A stretch of 62,087 bases of DNA, filler included, from Sluysia triapertura (lineage: Eukaryota), in assembly GCA_046118255.1 (NCBI GenBank). It is 5 parts of 5 records of this genome, joined end to end, with 100 filler letters (N's around TTAATTAATTAA, not from the genome) between each part and the next. Parts side by side here need not be neighbours in the genome. Positions count along the whole stretch, not along the records: positions 51,024 to 62,087 come from JBJNIA010189452.1; 4 more parts are not named here. The stretch is one strand, 5' to 3'. Positions 52,638 through 62,087 of this stretch are shown piece after piece. Below the pieces are notes generated by a model. It was not told where the DNA came from. It searched no databases and worked only from the letters and a program-made list of their open reading frames with translations. Each line of letters opens with the position of its first letter. The first letter of the stretch is position 1. The position numbers were made by a program, and so were the translations under genes.

Positions 52638-54379
52638 GAACCTTTGTTTTTTGCACTTATTTTCACATTGTTAATAAACTTTGGATATAAATATTAATAT
52701 TATAGTGTTCAATTATTTTTGTTCTTGTGAATAATTTGTTAAATTTCTAAAAAGATTTTAATAAAGAGAATATGTATAAATAAGAGATAAATAAGTAATA
52801 AATAAGCTTTCTTCGGGACACCGATTAAATTTATTAGAAGATAAGCCGTAATTTTTAAAATATTAACGCATAAACGATATAAGAATATAGTTACGTAACA
52901 TAGTAATTACGTTGTCAATGTTAGGAATAGAATTACACAACACGGTGACTATGTTGCACAATCATTCCATAGATATAGACACGCTTATGTAATCGAACCT
53001 ATTAAGTAGCTCATTTTGCTCGTGTCACTGGTTTAATAAAATACCTAATAAAACCTAAGATCAACAAAGGTTATAAAAGTTCTTAAGTACTTAAAAGTTT
53101 GCAAGCTACTTAAATTGCCTTGGGTTTAATATTTTAAAAGTTTTTAAAATGATAGTTGAGTTCTTAAAGGGTCTTGCAATGTTATAATGTATTCGGAAAA
53201 TCTAAAACATTATTAAAATGATTCTTGAAACTTTCGTCTTAATAATTCTTCTCTTTTTGATACTTTATTATGTTTTTATTTTATTTTACATCACCATTTA
53301 ATGTATACAAGTTCAGCTTGTATTAGATGATCTGGTATCCCGTGCACAAGTCTTATCGATACCCACTTTTTTATGCATTTTTCCAATTTTATATTTTAAA
53401 CTATTTGGTACATTGCCCAAAGACTTTTAATATAATGAATTAATTTCCAAATTTGAATTAAAGAGGATTTTGTAAATCAAGTGTTTTGCTTCATTTTCGA
53501 TATAGTAACATTTGACATTAATAAAAATAAATATTTAGAAAATGAAACAATTTCGATTAATTTAATAATTTTATTAAGAAATTCATTGATTATTAAATAT
53601 TTCAAAATTTATCCTATATTGCCTCAAAAGGTTAAAAGATTCGTACAAAATGTGTTTTGTTTTTCAAAAACTAAAAATGTTTTCTTAAATTAAGTAAATG
53701 TTTAATCTTAATTTTAATAGTAGGGATAAAGTGTAATAAAGAGCTAAAAATATAAAACATTCAAAACATCAAAAAATAACTGTAATACAATTTATTATAA
53801 ATTTACTATAATAAATTTAATTAATTTTCATACATACAAAAGCTAAGTGATTTTAAGCTCAATTAGTTCTTCTTAACTTGAATTATGAATTAACATTAAC
53901 CAAAAAATAAATAACTTTATTTAGTACTTTATATAAATAACTTTATATCGTACTTTAACACTGAAACACTTTTAACACCGAAAGGGATAATTTCAAAATA
54001 TAATAAGCACAAGTTCGTGTATAACCATTTATTTTATAAAATGTAAAAAATTCGACGTATATACACCTGTATTCTGTTATTTTTGTAGTATCTAAATGAC
54101 ATCATAGTTTATTTTAGATTTACGCATACGTAATTTAGGTACTTAATTACTAAAAAGACTTAGTAACTTTTAATTGACAAATAGTTGTATAATATGTGAA
54201 TATAATTAATAAAAATTAAAAATTAAGTACTTGTTTAAATATTTAGAAAAGTAATAAAAAGCATTTGTAACAAAAATAAAATTGTATATTTTAAAGCATT
54301 TACAATAAATATTTTACTTACTTATTAAGTAGTATAAATCATATTTGAAGTCTTATTTATTCATTTTAATTTCAAAATA

Positions 54380-55775
54380 ATGAATCCAGAATGGAAAACT
54401 TTAGAAGATTCACTGGTTGAAATACAGTAATAAACAAGTTGAATGAAATTTATGTTTTTAGACGTATACCTCAGTTTAATTTTGAATTATGGAAGAAGCG
54501 TTTTTATGATCTCGAAAAAAAGTTTATAATTGCAAAAGAAAATCAAGAAAATAATATAAAAGATAAGAAATTTTTAGCGTGGATTTATTACTATTTATCC
54601 TGGATGTATCATAGACATTAGTACTTTATTAATTAATATTAAAGTTAATTCATCTAGTATCTTTACAGCGGACTTGAATTATATAAAGAAAATTATTGAA
54701 AACTATCATAATATATTAAACAAAAAATTGTACAATTTTTCTAATGATAGGTAACTATGTATGCAATAGATATTATTTATGTATATTTAAGTGCGGAATT
54801 AAATAAGATGTTGCATGTTTTATATAGATACGCTTGGAACAGTTTGTTATTAGGAAAAGTTTTGTTATTGAATGATCTCTTAAGAGTAAGTATTTCTCTA
54901 CTATATTTATTAAGTTTAGAAATGGGATTTATTTATTACTAATTTAAAAAAATCAGAATTATTAGATTTCTACAAAATTTATAAAGATGAGTATGAATCA
55001 ACACGTTTATTTCACAAAGCTGTATTTTTCATCAAAATATGTTGTAACAATGAATCAATTGAATATCCAAATTTTAGAATGACCAATTTTAAAGATGACA
55101 TCAAAAAAGGTGATTTGGAATTGAAGGGAGCATTACTTATAACTAATCGCATTGAACACGTACGAAAATGTATTCTAATTACCAATTTTATTTATTTTAG
55201 ATAACATATCACGGAAAAACACCAGATTTATTGCGTTTAGATCAATTTTTTGAATATGAATTGGCTAATCAAACATTAAAGAAAAATCCCGTGAAGACGG
55301 CTTTAGCACAGATTTCTATTACTGAATTTGGTGTAGCTTTAAACCATTTGAACAAAAGATTAAAAAATGAAAATGATTGCAAACTGATTTATATATCTTC
55401 AGATGGTTACAAAAATCGAAAAAAAGTGGGACTAGATTTTTCACAATGTTCGTCGTTAGAAGAAATAAAAGATAATGATTGGTTTGTATTGTGATTATTT
55501 TAAAACATATTACTTAAAATGTATTAATTTTTGCAAATGAAATTTTGGTTCTTATTTTAATGAATTTTGCAATTTTTATTCTTTGAAGAATAGCAAAATA
55601 TTAAAATTTACACTAACGAACCTTTTTATAATTAAAATATAATAAAATTAAATACGACTGCAAACATTTTATTTTATATTTAATTTTATTTAGCTTGGAA
55701 GCAGAGGACATTGAACCATTCCTAAGAACTCACACAGTCCTTATTATTGATAGTGTATATGCACAAACATTTAAG
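54380..55775 (+). CDS. SCAI: Highly divergent SCAI (suppressor of cancer cell invasion) homolog, 7 exons; 3' end not located
   Basis: Exons 54380-54426, 54462-54620, 54658-54750, 54792-54885, 54920-55159, 55201-55481 and 55694-55775 splice in frame. Colinear motifs RIPQFNFELW, YHRHYIFTADLNY, SLLLGKV, GDLELKGALLITN, DLLRLDQFFEYE, KNPVKTAL, LIYISSDG and CLEAEDIEPF..LIIDS parallel SCAI (RDLPQYG, LLLNK, GQLSLADALIIGN, NPHKYLL, LIYLSATG, CLHPGDLYPF..IIVDS). Confidence 0.8.
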
Positions 55776-58700
55776 GTTATTTAAATTATTTTAAAAAAAT
55801 ATCATGTGTGAAAGAAAAGTGATTTTAAAAATGAGATCTTGGATTTATTTTTATTAATTAGGTTTACTTTGTTAAGGTAAGACTTTTCAATTAAGTTTTT
55901 CATTTATGCTGTTAATTTCAACATTTTGATTTCTGAACTAATCGTGATTATTTAAAGTCTCTTTGGGAACTTCTAGTCTATAGATTGAAGAAAAATATCT
56001 GATTCTATATAATTATTTATAAATCTAAATTTGAGTGACTTCTAAAATTACATTTTCATGGAGCCAATTCTTCACAATCGAAATAATATAAACTAATATA
56101 TTGAGCTTTATAAAATTAACTAACAGGATTGTACCTGGGAACTTCTCGTTGGGTAAACTAACAATTCATTTTCTTTATAGTCTATTATACATTTTTTAAA
56201 ATGCTGCTGTCAATAAACATTCTAATGAATTGTTCCAGGAACAGGTGTCGCTTAACTATGTTATTAATATTTGATTTCAATTAGGACATGGAAACCCACA
56301 TAATTTATTACTATATGGTCTAATTATAAAGAATTATTTCCATTTTATACTTGAAATAAGTATTGAGGAAATTTCAAATTTGAAGAAGTTCAACATGTAG
56401 AAGGTAGAGACAAAAATATTCATCTAGAGAAGTCGAATTTCTATTCTGTAACAAAAATAATTAAGTTAGAGAAAATATTACACTTTAGGAGTTCGTTTAT
56501 AGGAAATTTTATTGTACCATTTCTACTATGAGGTTAAAATGAAACATTTTGCACAAAACTCCAATTGAAATTTTCTCAAATTGCAAGATCTCAACATATT
56601 TTTATTGTGTTCTAAATGTAAAAAGAATGTGTTTTTAAATTTTATTCTTGCTAAATATTGTTATAAAATTACTTTTATTTTTTGCAAATGAGCGGCTTGT
56701 ACCGTAACCATAGTTAAAAGGTTAGACCTATATTTTACTTATGCAATAAATAAGTTACAAAGATCCAATTAATATATGGATAATGTGTTGATCAATAATA
56801 ACCGTTGTTAATTAGCTGCAGTTTCACATTATCCGAAATTCTAAGGTTATAGACACGAACAAAGATTAATTATATTGATCAATTTTCTGCCAATGTCCAA
56901 TTTAACAATTTCGTACTAATTTCAGAATGTATTGAAATTAGTGTTTAAAAATGCTCAAAATAATATAAATATAATAATCAATAAAGAAAATTGAAAACTT
57001 CAATTGATACAAATAAATATTGAATATTTGTTTTATTTTACTATTATTATTATTGTTATTATTTCAGTCGGTTAGACATCGTTCGGACAAGAAGTTGCTC
57101 TGTTTATTGTCACCTTCTAATGAAATCAGTTGGTTTAGTTTTTGATTTTTATAACTATTGAATCAAGCTATTGTAAAACTTTATACTAATATTTGCTTAA
57201 TTTTTTTCCGTTGATGCTTTATTTAAGATTACAAATCTGAATATTTTTAATGTCCACGGATGTCGTTCGTGGACGTTTTATCGGTTTTAGACTTATAGAG
57301 TTGTTTTAATATTTCAATTAATATACAAAACTAAACATTGTTTTATATTGTATTGTGAGAATGTATTTTTCGAATATTGTAAATCTGAATATATATTTTT
57401 ACTTATGTATTTATATTTCGTGAGTCCTCCATGACACCGGGCTTACACACTCAAGGCCCGATGACAGCGTTTTAAAGAAAATGCAAGTAATGGAGATTTA
57501 AAAATAATATATTCTGCTCTAATGCTAGCAAAGTTATTTTCTTAATTAAAAAAGATCTTTAAAATCGAATTTAAGTTTATTATAAGAAATTATCTTTGAT
57601 TATGATCAACTTTTAATTTATTAAAATTATAGCTTTATAAATTGGTCTGATTTTTAAGTTCTTGAAAACAAGAGTTGATAAGGATTATTAATAATTAATT
57701 TAATTCGAACCTTTTGGAATTTTGTGTTTTCAATAACAATACAAAATTTTAAAATGTAATTTTTATAATTTTGAAGTCTCAAACAATTATATGGTTATAA
57801 TAATAAATAATCGTTTAATTATTATTATTATTACTTGGTAATAATAATTTCGTCGAAAAATTATAGATACGTAATTAGAATTTACATTGAATCAAAAAAT
57901 TTAATGTATATGTTATTTAAATGGTCTTTAATTAATTAATAATTCAATATATACTAACGTTACAAAAGAAAAATTTATTCTTAGAGTAAATGACAATTGT
58001 ATCCCTTTTTCGAATTAATAATAATTTCTCAAAGCACTGATGGTAATATCAATTGATGTATGATTCAAAGTTAAAACAAATTTTTAAAACATTTGTAAAA
58101 CAATTCTCTGAAAATAACTTTAAAATAAATTTAAAAAACTTGTGTGATTTACTAACTTAGGGCATTCTATTTATATTTACATTTGATATAAGGTCATAAA
58201 CATTGTAGATGTACTTTGGTATCTTAACTTTATGTGATGATTAATAGATACTTTTAATAACTTAGTAATGTGTACTTTTAAATAACTTAGTAATTTAATA
58301 ATCTAGTCCTAATATAATAATATTTCTAATAAAAAATTTTAATAATAATTATTATTAATAATGAAATACTAAAATATAAAATAATAACATGTTAAAATAC
58401 TAAAATGCTAGAATATTAATATTATAATAATATAAAAATACTATAATACTCTAAATATTACACAAATATTACTAAATATTACATTAATTTAAATCACAAT
58501 TTATATTATTTACATTCATTTAATATTTTGCAGTATTAACTTCGTTTTTTATTGTTTTTGCCTTTTAAATTACAAGATGTTTACTTAAATCGTTAGGCTT
58601 CTGTCGATTATTATTAGTCACAATAATATTATTCTAAATTCGTTAGAATTATTCGTTACTTTAAAATAGCAACTTCTTAATCTAAATTTATTTCTTAATT

Positions 58701-58849
58701 GTATCTGGAAATAAACCAACCAACGAATATTTAACTTTCAAAATATTTATTCATAATTTAATACAAGAATAAAATAAATATGGGATTTATGTGCATCAAG
58801 CGAAAAATCACAAATAATGTATTTTAATTGTTCTATAATTCTATAAAAT

Positions 58850-59400
58850 TTATTATTTACAGTTATCATAAATGATTCTGCAGTGATTTATACATCTTAT
58901 TGAGTATTTTTTATTACTTGTCCTCGGACAGGTTCGACATCTTCCCGGCTTAGATGTAGATGTGGGATTGGTTTCTTCAATCGTTTCATCCAGTATTTTC
59001 AATATTCACTCCTTTAATTTATATAGCAAATTTAGAATTTTTAAGTGCTCTGTTAATTTATTAAAAAGGTGTTTATGAAGTTTTTTTATAGTGGTGTCAT
59101 GATTTTTTATTAAGTTTGGGGCGCAACTTAAAAAGTTTGGCTTAGGTGACAGAATAGATGTGTTTGCCTGTTCTTTGGCTATCTTTATATTGAGGAAACT
59201 CATCCTCATCAGAACTAGGATTTATAGGCACTTCTTCATCAGTTAGATTGGGAGTGTCAGCAAAATCTGTGCAATCCTCCACATCGTCTTCAACATTATC
59301 TCTCTCATCATAACATGCATTATCATCATCATTATCATAATCATCCGTTCCTGCTAAACTTTTTTCAAATTTTCTTTTATAAAATTGTCTTCGTGATACA
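58850..59400 (-). mobile_element. Internally deleted piggyBac transposase remnant
   Basis: Acidic N-terminal tract (DDYDNDDD...PSSDEDE) joined to a C-terminal Cys-rich motif GRCRTCPRTSNKKYSIRCINHC. TTAA termini not identified. Confidence 0.6.
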
Positions 59401-60072
59401 AAAAAAACAATGAATAAAACAATTCTGGAAAAAATATTTCTTACCTCTTAAAAGTAATCCAAGAACAACTAAAACGCTCTCAAAAACATTTTTAGTTTTA
59501 AACAAACGCTTAAGGTATCCTGAACGAAATATTATCCCAGACAAATTAATTGCGTTTTGTAGTTAATAAAATGGTGTGTTAGATAAATAAATGGTTAGAA
59601 TCAAAGTTCATTGGCTGAGTTAAATTTTTTTAAATTCGTACTCAGAGTAAATTTTTTACTAACTTTTGTGTATTAGATTTCAAATTATATAACATACCGC
59701 TTTGGGGGCGTTTTTTTATATAATAATAGATTTTAAATTCTTTATATTATTGCATTCAACAGTTAATTGACAACAGTGCTTAAGGTACTTCGAAATTTCT
59801 CTTTTATCTTCGTAGTCCATCAAAGATGCGTTTTTTTGTCTTTACAAAAGCATCTGCATTCGGAAATATTTCCATACATAAATTGTAGGAAATTTCTTCG
59901 TATTTGAATGAAGGGAAACTTGGCTCAGAATATGAAACTTCTTTTGCGATATGCTTTCCATATTTTATCGGAAATTGTGTACATACGACAATTTGTATTT
60001 CTAAAATTGACTTTGATATGTTGTGATTGCACGTAAAGTCGACATTGAGATTTAGTTGAATTGTGGGATAAT

Positions 60073-60172
60073 NNNNNNNNNNNNNNNNNNNNNNNNNNNN
60101 NNNNNNNNNNNNNNNNNNNNNNNNNNNNNNNNNNNNNNNNNNNNNNNNNNNNNNNNNNNNNNNNNNNNNNNN
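60073..60172. other. Assembly gap (100 N)
   Basis: N run; GTGGGATAAT appears on both sides. Confidence 0.95.
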
Positions 60173-60838
60173 GTGGGATAATGTAATAGTAAATTAGGAA
60201 GAAAGTTGTTTTACGAAAGCATTAAATTGCAAAAATGGGAAAAAGTGGAATGTGTAATTTAAATGAAAAGAAGCATTTAATAAGCAACAGTTTGAATGCA
60301 AATGTATGCAAAACGTGACGAAAAAATAGTTCTAACGGTAATAAGAAAAATAGCGAAAGGCACTTTAGCATCAAACCTATGACTTAAGCTCAGCAAGGAT
60401 TACTTCGTAACTTTTTTTGATCGGAAGCACAACAATAAACATTAAAATCGTAACAAAGTATTGAGAAATATTTCTTACATTCGTGAGTTTATCATCAAGT
60501 TTCTGATATCATCATTTAACACTTCGTTAGCGTATAATATATCAACGTTAATTTTTATTGGTAGATTTCCCATATATTTTATTCAACACTTCGGAAGCAC
60601 CATATATTTCTTTGTACTATCTTGGAACTTTTTTAAGTTCGCATCTTATAAACAAACAAGACGTCGGAACAGTTGATTAAATTCATACGCTTGTTCGAAT
60701 ATACTCGTAACAATAATATTAAAATAAGCTGTTTTCAAATATTTGTCGAATGTACTGGTAGTTGGCCGGTTCATACACAATAGATCACCGTGTTCCTCTA
60801 AATATCGACTAGTAATTAATTTCTGAGTTTCAGACTTA

Positions 60839-61361
60839 CAGTGGTGGCCATATTATTAGACTAAAGACCATTTTTATAAAATTCAACATTTTTCAAGGAT
60901 ACTATGAATCTATTAATCAAAAGTGTATAAAAACATTGTCACGTAAAATGTAAAATGTTGGAAAATAACTACTTTCTCCAAAAGTAGTTGAGATCCAAAA
61001 CATACAGAAATTTTTTACATGTAGAATGATAACACAATTTACTACAAATCAAATATGTACAAACTATTGTATCAGTACTACTTTGCCCTCCTTTGTAATC
61101 CAATAATTTCCTGATCCTTAAAGGCATGCCACGGATTATCTTAGGGCACAGGTATTTGATCTCGTCATCGTGATGCTATACTTTTATCAGGGTTTCCATA
61201 AGTTGCGTGCTGGTGGTGGGTTTATGGGTAGGAACTCTCCTTTTGACAATCTTCCACAGATTTTCTATGGGATTCGTGTGTGGAGAGTTTCTAGGTCAGG
61301 GTAGCAAATATTAAGAAAAACACATTTTTCCTGTTTTAGTTTAATAATTTGGCCACCACTG
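60839..61361 (-). mobile_element. Internally deleted Tc1 element with both TIRs and TA TSD
   Basis: TA-CAGTGGTGGCCATATTATTAGACTAAA and TTTAGTTTAATAATTTGGCCACCACTG-TA. Minus strand PRNSPHTNPIENLWKIVKRRV...GMPLRIRKLLDYKGG (Tc1 C-terminus). Confidence 0.92.
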
Positions 61362-62087
61362 TATATGATGGTTCTACGTCACCAATCAGAATCATTGGCA
61401 AGAGAATGCCATTCATGACTCTTCCAGCCACTAAAGGGACAAACTAATTTTTAAATTTGAATTTGCATAACAATAACAATCATAAAGAAATACACCTACA
61501 TATCGAGTTTCTTTAAAAGTATATTTGCTTATTTAATTACATCGAAACATATCAAATGGTCATTGTTTTAGTTGATCAGTGGCTGTGTAACAGTTTAAAA
61601 TTAAATCTTTACGAGTTTCTAAATCCACAACTTTTTAAAAATTAACATGACACATTTCTATTTCTCAAATTGTACATACAATGTATATTTTATTCGAATA
61701 TTTACAATTAAATATCATTAATTTGTATTAATTAAGTATTACATATCACATACATTCAATATACTATTACTTTAATGAATTTTGTTCTTTAGTGTTGAAA
61801 GATATGAGCTTTTTTACAATGATGCTCATATGTCCTGTTACAGGTCTGTTGGTACTATGTGACAAATATTCTATTCGTCAATCAGCGTATAAATGTGCAC
61901 AAACTGAAGTAACAAATTTCAGCAACAGTTTTATTCAAATTATCAGTAAAAATGAAGATTTACGTAAGAATTAATTGTTTTAGCTATTTCTCTTTAACCT
62001 TGTTAATTTTAATTAAATAAAATATCACATATTCGAAAATTTATTAATAAAGAAGCAGCTAAACTTATTGTTCATTCATTGATAACT

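Noticed and set aside
1-62087. CRISPR array or prokaryotic operon/defence system
   Set aside because: No regularly spaced repeat-spacer structure; the content is spliceosomal-intron eukaryotic DNA.

Overview
Very AT-rich (roughly 25% GC by eye) animal genomic DNA. It is not one locus: five contigs of about 11-14 kb are joined by artificial N44-TTAATTAATTAA-N44 linkers (10859-10958, 23889-23988, 38030-38129, 50924-51023). Spliced genes with tiny 34-41 nt introns can be reconstructed: RTF1 (minus), ST7 (plus, partial), a highly divergent SCAI (plus), one BACE-like aspartic protease exon, and a 524-aa chimeric ORF (truncated LIM, duplicated 70-aa unit, TPR-like and F-box-like motifs). The rest holds decayed host-gene copies (PLEKHM1-like RUN, HSP90, Ras-family GTPase, GSK3) and transposon remnants (mariner, Tc1, pogo, hAT, piggyBac, Ty3/gypsy, L2/CR1). 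The main finding is a dispersed 120-155 bp element, with 5 copies on 5 different contigs. It carries a complete tRNA-Ala-like Pol III cassette internally, has TGTT...AACA termini and exact 4-bp target-site duplications, and lacks a tail. That signature fits a retroviral-type integrase (solo-LTR/TRIM or Ginger-like MITE) better than a classical SINE. The intron sizes and base composition suggest a reduced parasitic invertebrate such as an orthonectid (inference only). All homology calls are from motif recognition, not database searches.
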